In this document: positions 21,978-33,801 of the stretch, piece by piece
How the letters are laid out: each line of letters starts with the position of its first letter
Position numbering within the stretch: the stretch's first letter is position 1
Assembly: GCA_965223905.1 (NCBI GenBank)
Contig: CBDCXV010000001.1
Span: 1,056,001-1,120,000, forward strand
From: Candidatus Latescibacterota bacterium
GTDB lineage: Bacteria; Latescibacterota; UBA2968; UBA8231
Reading direction: 5' to 3'
DNA: 64,000 bases
Notes under the pieces: model-generated
Told to the model about the DNA's origin: nothing
The model's input: only the letters and a program-made list of their open reading frames with translations
The model's database searches: none
Translations under genes and position numbers: made by a program

Positions 21978-22065
21978 TACCCGGCTGAATATCCCGCAGT
22001 CGAAGTTTCCGATTCGTTTTCCGCGAAAACAGTGCCGGTTCTGGTAGCCATCGAGTTGGGGTTGA

Positions 22066-22899
22066 ATGGCAAGCGATGCGAGCGCGGCTGACGCCGCGGA
22101 TGGAAAAATAGATATCATCGGGCACGTCATGGATGCCAGGCATCTGGAAGTGCCCTTCATCAATGCCCACCACATCCTCGACGGCAGAATAGAGCTCCCT
22201 CAGTTCGAACCGGTTTTCGGCATAGACTTATCCATCACCCGCCACGTCGTGGTGATGTGGGTGGCCAGCGCCCTGCTGATCGCCCTGCTCGTCAGCGCCT
22301 TCCGCAAGCCCGGACTGGTTCCCGGCGGCCTCGCCAACTTTTTCGAAGCGATCATCCTGTTCATACGCGACGAAGTCGTGCAACCGGTGATGGGGGATCA
22401 CGGCAGGCCGTTTCTGCCGTTTTTTCTGACTCTCTTTTTCTTCATCCTGTTTCTCAACCTCCTCGGGCTGATACCCTATAGCGCAACCGCTACCGGCAAC
22501 GTATCGGTCACCGCGGCCCTCGCCCTGGTAACCTTCGCCGTAACGCAAGTGGTGGGAATCGCCAACAACGGTCCCCTGGGTTACGCCAAAAGCCTGGTGC
22601 CGTCCGGCATGCCGGTCTGGCTGCTGCCGATCATGGTTCCCATCGAAGTGCTCGGGATGCTGGTCAAACCGTTCGCCCTGTGCATTCGCCTGTTCGCCAA
22701 CATGATCGCCGGGCATGTAGCCATACTGGTGTTCCTGGCGATGATCATAATGTTCAAGAGCTATTTCCTGGCGCCGGTGTCGGTGGTGTTCGCCGCTGCG
22801 ATATACCTGTTCGAGATATTCATAGCCTTCGTTCAGGCATTCATATTCACCCTGTTGTCGGCGCTGTTCATCAACATGGCCGCTCACCCCGATCACTGA
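22066..22899 (+). CDS. atpB: F0 subunit a
   Basis: NLLGLIP, KPFALCIRLFANMIAGH (essential Arg), QAFIFTLL. Confidence 0.96.
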   Translation: MASDASAADAADGKIDIIGHVMDARHLEVPFINAHHILDGRIELPQFEPVFGIDLSITRHVVVMWVASALLIALLVSAFRKPGLVPGGLANFFEAIILFIRDEVVQPVMGDHGRPFLPFFLTLFFFILFLNLLGLIPYSATATGNVSVTAALALVTFAVTQVVGIANNGPLGYAKSLVPSGMPVWLLPIMVPIEVLGMLVKPFALCIRLFANMIAGHVAILVFLAMIIMFKSYFLAPVSVVFAAAIYLFEIFIAFVQAFIFTLLSALFINMAAHPDH

Positions 22900-22967
22900 C
22901 GGAGACCGCGGCCCCCCAAGCTGAAATGCAAGCGATGATTCAATCACATCAGGAGGAGAGCGTCTAA

Positions 22968-23186
<219 letters not shown>

Positions 23187-23344
23187 GGCTGCCTGTTCCC
23201 GCAGGAGTCCGCGGCGGACGATCGCCGGATCCGGGCCGTCGCCGGTCCCGAACCGGTCTGCGAGACTCGACCTACGCGGGACGTCGCCACGGGCCCATGG
23301 CACCTACTCGGTGCGAAACCGGACCTAACCTGTAAGAGCGGATC

Positions 23345-23857
23345 ATGTTACTGGAGCCTCACGCAGGCCTGATTGCCTGGACGATAATCACCTTCGTGGT
23401 GGTGCTGGTTGTTCTCAAGCGATTCGTGTGGACGCCCGTGCTCGAAGTCCTCGACGAGCGCCAACGGCGCATCCGCGAAGCCCTGGAGGGAGCGGAAAAG
23501 GCGCGGGATGAAGCCCGCGCCACCCTGGCCGAACACCAGAAAGCGCTCGCCGGGGCCGAATCCGAAGCCCGCGACATCGTCGCGCAGGCGCGGGAAGCAG
23601 CCGAGCGAGTGCGCTCCGACCTGATTTCCCAGGCTCGCCAGGAGGCCGAGCAGACGCTGGAGCAGGCGCGCCGGACCATAGAGAGCGAAAAGCTGGTCGC
23701 CCTGGGGGAGCTGCGCCGGGAAGTCGCCGACCTCGCGGTGCGCGCCGCCGGGGAAATCCTCGACGCCAATCTCGACGACGAGCGGAATCGCCGTCTCGTC
23801 GACGACCTGATCGCCGGTGTTCCCGAGAATCCCTCGGGAACACCGGGAAGGACCTGA
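23345..23857 (+). CDS. atpF: F0 subunit b
   Basis: N-terminal TM, WTPVLEVLDER, long coiled coil. Confidence 0.94.
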   Translation: MLLEPHAGLIAWTIITFVVVLVVLKRFVWTPVLEVLDERQRRIREALEGAEKARDEARATLAEHQKALAGAESEARDIVAQAREAAERVRSDLISQARQEAEQTLEQARRTIESEKLVALGELRREVADLAVRAAGEILDANLDDERNRRLVDDLIAGVPENPSGTPGRT

Positions 23858-23882
23858 AGCAAATGCGGGGTAGTTCGCACTC

Positions 23883-24425
23883 GTGAGAGCCCAGGAGGTC
23901 GTCCGCAGGTACGCCGTAACCCTGCTTGAAGCGTCGGAAGAGAGCGGTGTCGGCGAGGCGGAGATGCGCCGGGACATGGAGGGGCTGGATGCTGCCCTGC
24001 GGAGTTCGGCGGAGCTGGTGGAGTTCCTGCGGAACCCGCTGCTTCAGCCCGAAGCCAAGCGCTCCGGTCTCGAGGCGTTGTTCGCCGGCAAGGTTCAGCC
24101 GTTGACCCTCAACTTTCTCAGGCTGCTGGTGGAGCGCCGCCGTATCGGCCTGCTGCCGGAAATCGCGAGCGGGTTTCTCGACCTCCTCGACCGGCGGTCG
24201 GGGATGGCCACGGCGCAGGTAACCTCGGCGGTGGCGTTGACCGCGGATCAGAAAGAGCGCCTGCGGACGCGGCTGGCCTCGTACACGGGACTGCGGATCC
24301 GCCTCGACACGAGCGTCGATCCCGGCCTCGGGGGAGGGCTGGTCGCCCGAGTCGACGATCTCGTGTTCGACGGCTCGGTGGAAACCCAGCTCGAGCGTCT
24401 GCGCGTACGGCTGATGGAAGCTTGA
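23883..24425 (+). CDS. atpH: F1 subunit delta
   Basis: RRYA, NFLRLLVERRR, VDPGLGGG, DGSV. Confidence 0.93.
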   Translation: MRAQEVVRRYAVTLLEASEESGVGEAEMRRDMEGLDAALRSSAELVEFLRNPLLQPEAKRSGLEALFAGKVQPLTLNFLRLLVERRRIGLLPEIASGFLDLLDRRSGMATAQVTSAVALTADQKERLRTRLASYTGLRIRLDTSVDPGLGGGLVARVDDLVFDGSVETQLERLRVRLMEA

Positions 24426-24481
24426 TGAAGGCAGTGGCAGCACATACCGAATTCGATACCGAGCGCAGGAGGATGTAGGCG

Positions 24482-26008
24482 ATGCCCGCAGAGGCAATGG
24501 TGCAACCTGACGAGATATCCCGGATACTCAAGCAGCAGCTGTCGGGATTCGAAAAGGAAATAGACGTTTACGAAACCGGGACGGTCCTGTACGTCGGGGA
24601 CGGGATCGCGCGCGTGCACGGATTGTCCAACGTGCGCGCTACCGAGCTCGTGGAGTTCCCGCACGGCATCATGGGCATGGCGCTCAACCTCGAGGAGGAC
24701 AACGTCGGCTGCGTGCTCTTCGGCGACGACACCCTGATAAACGAAGGGGACCGGGTGAAGCGCACCGGACGCATTGTCGAGGTGCCGGTGGGGGAAGAGC
24801 TGCTCGGGAGAGTCGTCAACCCCCTGGGGCAGCCGATCGACGGCAAGGGAGAGGTCAACGCCGGCCGTACGCTTCCCGTCGAGCGCAAGGCCCCCGGGGT
24901 CATCGAACGCCAGCCCGTCCACGAGGCTCTGCAGACCGGTATCAAGATCATCGATGCGACGGTTCCGATCGGCCGCGGACAGCGCGAGCTCATCATCGGG
25001 GATCGCCAGACCGGAAAAACGGCGATCGCCGTGGATACGATCATCAACCAGCACGACCAGGACGTGAAGTGCATCTACGTCGCCATCGGGCAGAAGGCGT
25101 CGACGGTAGCGAAGGTAGTCGCCGAACTCGAGGCCAACGGAGCCATGGAGTACACCGTCGTGGTGTCGGCGACGGCCTCGGACCCGGCGCCGCTGCAGTT
25201 CCTGGCTCCGTACGCAGGGGCCTCGATGGGGGAGTATTTCCGAGACAACGGGCGGCATGCCCTGATCATCTACGACGATCTCTCGAAACAGGCGTGGGCG
25301 TATCGAGAAATGTCCCTCGTTTTGCGGCGCCCACCGGGCCGCGAAGCCTACCCGGGGGACGTATTCTATCTGCACTCCCGGCTGCTCGAGCGCGCCGCGA
25401 AAATGAGCGATGAGAAGGGGGCCGGTTCCCTGACGGCGCTTCCGGTGATCGAGATCCTCGAGGGGGACGTTTCGACTTTCGTGCCGACAAACGTCATCTC
25501 GATCACGGACGGCCAGATCCTGCTCAAACCGGAGCTGTTCTACAGCGGCAACAGGCCGGCAATGGACGTCGGGGCCTCGGTGTCGCGCGTTGGCAGCGAC
25601 GCCCAGACGAAGGCGATGAAGGCGGTGGCGCGCTCGATCAAGGGGGACATTTCGCGATACAACGAGGTGAAGGCGTTCGCCCAGTTCGGGACCTCTGATC
25701 TCGACCAGTCGACACGCAACCTGCTCAACCGCGGCGAGAAGCTCATTGAGATCCTCAAACAGGGGCAGTACTCGCCGCAATCCCTCGAAGAGGAGACCGT
25801 GGCCCTGTCGGCCATCGATCACGTGCTCGATCTGCCGACCGCGGACGTGATGCGCTTCGAGCAGGAGCTGCTCGCCCACATGCGCGACCGCCAGCCAGAC
25901 CTGATGCGGGAAATCGGAGAAAGCCGCGATCTCGAGGACGAGACGAAGGAGAAGCTCTCCGGCGCCATCGAGGAATTCAAACGCGGCTTCCGACCCTCGG
26001 AGGGCTGA
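24482..26008 (+). CDS. atpA: F1 subunit alpha
   Basis: [43 protein letters not shown]. Confidence 0.97.
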   Translation: MPAEAMVQPDEISRILKQQLSGFEKEIDVYETGTVLYVGDGIARVHGLSNVRATELVEFPHGIMGMALNLEEDNVGCVLFGDDTLINEGDRVKRTGRIVEVPVGEELLGRVVNPLGQPIDGKGEVNAGRTLPVERKAPGVIERQPVHEALQTGIKIIDATVPIGRGQRELIIGDRQTGKTAIAVDTIINQHDQDVKCIYVAIGQKASTVAKVVAELEANGAMEYTVVVSATASDPAPLQFLAPYAGASMGEYFRDNGRHALIIYDDLSKQAWAYREMSLVLRRPPGREAYPGDVFYLHSRLLERAAKMSDEKGAGSLTALPVIEILEGDVSTFVPTNVISITDGQILLKPELFYSGNRPAMDVGASVSRVGSDAQTKAMKAVARSIKGDISRYNEVKAFAQFGTSDLDQSTRNLLNRGEKLIEILKQGQYSPQSLEEETVALSAIDHVLDLPTADVMRFEQELLAHMRDRQPDLMREIGESRDLEDETKEKLSGAIEEFKRGFRPSEG

Positions 26009-26043
26009 GGGCGATGGGATTCCGTGTTGCTATGGGTATCGAC

Positions 26044-26074
26044 TTTACACTATGACTCATACTTATATAGTATG
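26044..26074 (+). promoter_or_regulatory. Island promoter with overlapping palindrome
   Basis: TTTACA-16 nt-TATAGT; inverted repeat CATACT-tatat-AGTATG over the -10. Confidence 0.5.
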
Positions 26075-26111
26075 CTTATATGTCCGCCAGAATCGGAAAA
26101 AGCGAAATCGT

Positions 26112-26810
26112 ATGAAATCATTCCTGTATGTAGTTGGGTTGCTCTGTCTCCATTTCGCCACGGTACCCGTCGATGCGGAGGACTACTGGCCCCTGGAAGT
26201 AGGCAATAGATGGGTATATGAGCGCCGTCACAGTTTTATTAGATATACCGATGATGGAAACGGCGAGAGGGTAGAACTCAAGGAGGAATTCGTATTGGAG
26301 GTGCTGTCCCAGGAGGAGGTGGATGGCCAGGTCTACTCTCGCCTCAGCAACGGGCAGTTGTTGAGGAAGGACGAAGAGGGCAACATCATTAAACACCACC
26401 CCTTCAGTTCGCCAGACACGACCTTTACCGAGGTTATGATTTTTGATGTCACACACCTAGACGATCCGGATTACCGGGTCTATGGCGCTTACTGGCTATT
26501 CCCTCCAACGCCAACACTCTGCTGTACTCCCTATCCTGCGTACCGGAGTCTGACAACAGTCAGTGTACCTGCCGGATCATTCGACGCAATCTACTTCGGC
26601 GATGGAGATTTCACTGGGGGGGTAAGCATTTATTTAGCCCTTAGCGTGGGGCCAGTTCTGTCAATTCGGTCAGGGAACGCTGATGTGTTGGGGGAGGCTA
26701 GGGAAGATCTATACGAGCTACTCCGTTACCGGGTCGGAGGCGAAAGCTATCCGACAGCCGTAAGCGAGCACACCTGGGGCAAGATCAAGCGCCGCTTTCT
26801 CGTCCCATAA
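26112..26810 (+). CDS. Secreted hypothetical protein with C-terminal TWGKIK motif
   Basis: Signal peptide ending VDA; DYWPLEVGNRWVY and TVSVPAGSF motifs; ends TAVSEHTWGKIKRRFLVP. Confidence 0.75.
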   Translation: MKSFLYVVGLLCLHFATVPVDAEDYWPLEVGNRWVYERRHSFIRYTDDGNGERVELKEEFVLEVLSQEEVDGQVYSRLSNGQLLRKDEEGNIIKHHPFSSPDTTFTEVMIFDVTHLDDPDYRVYGAYWLFPPTPTLCCTPYPAYRSLTTVSVPAGSFDAIYFGDGDFTGGVSIYLALSVGPVLSIRSGNADVLGEAREDLYELLRYRVGGESYPTAVSEHTWGKIKRRFLVP

Positions 26811-27313
26811 CCCTTATTTCAGGAGAGCAAAAAAATGAATCGCCTTCGCACGATCGTGACGTGCCTCGTCACCCTGGGCACTTGCGGCACTGCATTTCCG
26901 TATTATTACGACACGGGAATCATAACCTGCGTGCAGCCGGACAGCGTGGAGTTCAGGGGACGCGAATGGGGGGATGAGCTGTCCAGCAACGGAAGAACGG
27001 AAGATGGGTATGCGTTTGTGTGGAATCGAACGGACGGTTATTACTACTACGCCAAGTTGGATAGTCTCGGTGAATTCACTTCGAGCGGTTACAAGGTCGG
27101 AGTCGATAACCCTGTCGCCAATGGCATAGTCAAGGGACTCGAGAGATCGTCGGAGCGTAAGGCTGCGATCAGAGCGTCGCGCGAGCAGTTCCTGGCGGAT
27201 AGCACCTGGACGGACAGCACCGGGACCGCCGCCGGCAAGGTCACTGCAGCTCAAGTCGCACCGCCACCGACAATAACTATCGGAATCATTCTGGTGGAAT
27301 TCGATGACGTACA

Positions 27314-28862
27314 CCCTAACGTTGCATAAATCTGTTTGAAGCGGTGGTTGTGATCAGGCGGCTTCCTTCAGGATTTCGAGGAAATGCAACAGATCTTTCT
27401 CGACTTTTGGATTGGAGTTCAGGGTCAGGGTCAACTCGCCCTTGGGCTGAGTGAGGCGCCCGGCGCGTTGAATGAAGCGATGACGCAGCGTGTCCAAGGT
27501 TTGGAAGGTCCACGCCGCCGGCCGTTTGGCGCGCGAATAGTTCGATCGCGGCTGCGCCAGCATCTGCATTTCGCGTCCCAGATTGTGGGCCATCATCGCA
27601 CACAAAGTAACCATCTGGTTGCCGAGCAACCGTCGGGTGGGGATCAGATCCAGCCCGGCCTGTTGCTTGGCCTCGGCGAAGATCCCTTCCTGGGCGCCGC
27701 GGCCATAGTGGAAGAGGAGCACGCTGCGTGGCGAGTTCATCTTGTTGGTAACCACAACGCGGTACTCGTGATCGATGTGCCGGGGTTCGAACAGATCCAG
27801 TTGCAGCGCTTGCTTGGTCTGACGCGGCACCGCACGGCGCACAAACAGAAACCGGTAGCAGGCCGGCCAGCTTTCCGGTTTCCAGTCACTCTCGAAATAG
27901 GAGCAGTGCTCATCGAGGTAGCGCCAGCGCTGGCGCGCTTCGATCTGGTCCTTGAGTACGGGAAAGCGTTCGAAAGGGACACTGATCGTGCATCCGACGC
28001 CATACAGGTCCATGAGAGTGAGCGTGTTTTGGCTGAAGAAGGCGCTGTCCAGTCGCGACTCGAGCACGGTGGGCGCCAAGGCGTCGCGCACGCGATCGAA
28101 GGCGTCCATCATGAACGCATGGGCGTCCTTGCTGTCATGGACGTTGCCGGGCCGGTGAAGGACATCCAGAAACTGTCCGGTTTGCGCCACCGTGCAGAAC
28201 AGGTTGTAGTAGCTGCGCGCCCCCTTCTTTTTCGGATTATAGCCAACGGCGGTCCCTTCGGCATGACCACAGGTGGAGATCACCGAGCCGTCGAAGTCGA
28301 GAGTCAGACGGGGGAAGCGCTCACGCTGGAGCGCTTGCATGACCAGGGTCGAAGACAGGTGTCGCACTTTTGCGATACTTGAATGGCCCATTTTTGCCAG
28401 CGCGCGACTGAGGGTGGCCACATCCGGCAGGCGACGTAAGCCCAACAAACGCAGGACCACCGGATCGTCCCGGTAATAGTCCACGTCCCGCAGCCGCCGG
28501 AAGCCCAGCAACAGATGCACGATGAGCAACAACACAATGACATGGGGAGCAAAGGTCGCTGCGCTTTTGGCGGGGAAGCAGGACTTCAGTCGAGTCTTTA
28601 GATCCAAGCGCCGAAAGAGCAGTTGAAAAACGATCACTCCCGCAAAGGAAGTAAGCCGTTGATCTTCGAAGCGAAGACGCGGGAGCTTGTGAAAACGGGC
28701 CAAAATGTCTTGTTTTCTGAACCTCACTTGCGGTGTCCTCCTGGAAGGGGTCGATACAGGTCATGGGTGACCGTATCAAATACCCCCTTTTTCAGAGGGC
28801 GCCGCAAGTGACAAGGTGCACTCCGGAGAAGAAAAAAGCCCTGTTTTTATGCAACCAGAGGG
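27314..28862 (-). mobile_element. IS1380-family insertion sequence, 1549 bp
   Basis: IRs CCCTAACGTTGCATAAA (27314-27330) and CCCTCTGGTTGCATAAA (revcomp 28846-28862), 14/17 match; TACA duplicated at 27310-27313 and 28863-28866. Confidence 0.92.
27354..28727 (-). CDS. IS1380-family DDE transposase
   Basis: LTSFAG, LTLDFDGSV, RLDSAF, YGRGAQEGIFAEAK, TLRHRFIQRAGRL; intact 457 aa. Confidence 0.92.
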   Translation of the reverse strand: MRFRKQDILARFHKLPRLRFEDQRLTSFAGVIVFQLLFRRLDLKTRLKSCFPAKSAATFAPHVIVLLLIVHLLLGFRRLRDVDYYRDDPVVLRLLGLRRLPDVATLSRALAKMGHSSIAKVRHLSSTLVMQALQRERFPRLTLDFDGSVISTCGHAEGTAVGYNPKKKGARSYYNLFCTVAQTGQFLDVLHRPGNVHDSKDAHAFMMDAFDRVRDALAPTVLESRLDSAFFSQNTLTLMDLYGVGCTISVPFERFPVLKDQIEARQRWRYLDEHCSYFESDWKPESWPACYRFLFVRRAVPRQTKQALQLDLFEPRHIDHEYRVVVTNKMNSPRSVLLFHYGRGAQEGIFAEAKQQAGLDLIPTRRLLGNQMVTLCAMMAHNLGREMQMLAQPRSNYSRAKRPAAWTFQTLDTLRHRFIQRAGRLTQPKGELTLTLNSNPKVEKDLLHFLEILKEAA

Positions 28863-31048
28863 TACATTGGTCTTCCTCCTACACCGAGAGCGACTTCGAG
28901 GACATGTTTTTCGGCTCGAGCTACACCGGTACCGATTCCCATCCCGACGGCGAGACCACCTACGGCAGTGTATGGGCGTACTACGACCGGATGTCCGGCG
29001 GCAATCTGGATATCACGGATAGTTCCGTGGGTAGCGGGCCTGCAGGGGGTGTGCTCAACACTGTCTCTGCAGATGGAGTGCCCACGTGGATCAGGCTTGC
29101 AGGCAACAAGGCAGACTATCATCTAGGCACAAAGCGGAATTTCCAAACGGCGGCACTCAACGCCGCGGCCGCGGCCGGAATCGACACGGGTGCCACTCGC
29201 ACGTACCGGCTTGTCATCATTTATGCGGGCAATCTGTATGATTCATTCTATCAGAATGGAAGCTGTGGGGGTGATCGATTTGGCTGCGGACTCACACCCC
29301 ACGCCCGCCAAGGGCGTAATGTGTATATCATGAGCGAGGAGACTGACAGCGACCATACCACCTATTGCCGTAACCACGAAAATTGCGGCCAAGTCTTCTC
29401 TCATATCGGAAACCACGTACATGAGATAGGGCATATGTTCGGTCTTCGGCATCCACATGAAAATCCAGCAGGAACGGCAGATGTCAGGCGATGGTCCGTA
29501 ATGCAGGGCGGTAGCGTTAATGGCCCCAATCTCGGTAGCTCCCCTATAGCTTTGAGTCCAGAGGAAATGAGGGATTTGGGATTCGCCAATTTTACCCTGC
29601 TTTCAGGCCGCAGGGATGCCCTGAATGTCGAGACGGGCGTCTACTATCAAGTTGATTACGGAACAGGCCGTTTCGTCATTGAGCACAGGAATGGCGGCGG
29701 TCCCTTCAACAACTATCTCGAAAGACACTTGTGGAACGGATCAGGACTTCTGCTTTGGTACACAGATGTTACACCGGGCGTGGATGACACCCAGAACCAG
29801 GATATTCTTGAGGCAGACGGAACTAATGACGACACCGGTATGATGGGCGACCTGTTTCCCGGCGCGAACAACGTCACCTCCTTCAATGACGACACTACGC
29901 CCGAGCCCAGCGATGCGACAGGAATCGCCGCAGGCACCACGACCCATTTTGCACTGGCAAATATTGTCAACAACGGAACTTCGACTACCGTTGATGTATT
30001 CGACAACCATTACTCCGATACTCCGGTAGTCATCGATGTAAACATCGCAGAAGCCAGAAAGCAGAGCGTCAACTTTACGTGGGCTGCCCATGCCGACAAT
30101 CCTACGCATTACATCTACTACGGAACACAGCCCAATACATACGGTCGTCTGAAGATCGTTTCGAGCGGCAACACTTCCGATCTTCTTTCTTCCTTAGCCA
30201 ATGGAACACGTTTCTTTGCCAAGATAAATTCCTCTGAGGAAGTTTCGAACATAGCCCATTCATGTCGTTCGGACTACGATAATGATGGCGGTACGATCGA
30301 TTTTTCCGACTTCTTTCTCATGGCAGACCATGCCAACATGGCGGTTACATCCGATGATTTGCAAAGGTACGATTTATCCGGGAATGGGTTCATCGACCAA
30401 GATTCGGATGTGACCCCATTTTTCACCCCTGATTTTGGGCAGGACTGTTCCGCCATCCCCAAGGTGGTTAACTCGGATATATTACCTCCCGGGAAGAATT
30501 CCAATGCCCAGCCCGTCGTTTCTACCGTGACCGACGAAGGAAGAGTTGATGTTGACTTGAAAATTGCCGGCGCTACGGAATTGAGGGGCTACGGATTCGT
30601 CATAGAGTACGATACCACAATCGTCTCCTTTCTCGGTGCCTCCGGATCAGAAGGGATACTCCAACAGCGGGGGGATGACGCAGTAATCAAACTGGTCAAA
30701 AATGAACCCGGCCGCTTGATGGTTGGAGCTGCCTTGACGCCCGGATTTGAGAACGTCGATGGATCCGGTTTGCTATCCAAGGTACAGTTCACGGCCGAAA
30801 TTTCTCCAAGCAGGACATTACCTGTCTCCGTTTCTGAACTTGTAGTTGCAGATGGCGACGGCAACATCAACCACTTGTATGAGGCCCGTACGGACGAAGG
30901 GCTGACCGGGGAAAAAAATGTCCCAGGTGGGATACTTTTTGGAGCTTCACCCAAATTTACGCTGGTACGCTGATACAACTTGGTCTGCATCCACAGCAGG
31001 CGGCTCTACCTTCCAAAGTCCGCGGCTTCTGAGGGCGAAGACTGATCG

Positions 31049-33377
<2,329 letters not shown>

Positions 33378-33378
<1 letters not shown>

Positions 33379-33800
33379 TGAGCGAGGCGAGCTCCGGCAT
33401 GGCTGCCTACCAGTTGGAAATCGTTACTCCGTCCGGGACCGTCTACTCCGGTTCCGTGGAGAGCTTGCAGGCTCCCGGAGGTCAGGGCTCGTTCGGCGTG
33501 CTCGCGCGGCACGCCCCGATGATCGCCGGGATGGCGACCGGCCCCCTCGCCTTCACGGAAGCAGGGGCCGGTGGGCGCGCCATGGCCTGCAGCGGCGGCT
33601 TCGTCGAGGTTCTCGGCGACCGGGTCACGGTGCTGGCCGAGACCGCGGAATTCGGTGACGGGATCGATCTCGCCCGCGCCGAGGCCGCCCGCGACCGCGC
33701 CCGCCAGAGACTCGCCCGGCAGCGCGGTGTGGATCGTGCCCGCGCCGAGGCAGCCCTTGCGCGAGCCCTTGTCCGAATCCGGATCGCCGGCGGGTACTGA
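33378..33800 (+). CDS. atpC: F1 subunit epsilon
   Basis: LEIVTP, GVLARHAPMI, GGFVEV, C-terminal helices. Confidence 0.94.
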
Positions 33801-33801
33801 C

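Larger units (their letters stand above)
26835..30973 (+). pseudogene. M6/immune-inhibitor-A-like secreted metalloprotease interrupted by IS1380 (861 aa when reconstructed)
   Basis: Removing the IS plus one TACA joins ...VEFDDVH/WSSSYTESDF in frame; HEIGHMFGLRH zinc motif, WSVM Met-turn, QPD..WGDE propeptide, EF-hand/dockerin-like and cohesin-like C-terminal regions. Confidence 0.88.
26015..31038. mobile_element. ~5 kb inserted island between atpA and atpG
   Basis: Visibly lower GC; direct repeat CTGAGGGCGA at 26005-26014 and 31029-31038; interrupts canonical atpA-atpG adjacency. Confidence 0.8.

Noticed and set aside
23187-23344. GC-rich hairpins after atpE as an ncRNA
   Set aside because: Stem-loops after atpE are commonly mRNA stability or stoichiometry elements; no further evidence
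26800-26835. Integron attC after the first island gene (CCATAAC at the stop)
   Set aside because: Only 24 nt to the next gene, no matching GTTRRRY hairpin, no intI
28733-30973. 746-aa ORF as an independent gene
   Set aside because: Its first ~43 codons lie inside the IS1380 end; it is the 3' part of the interrupted protease
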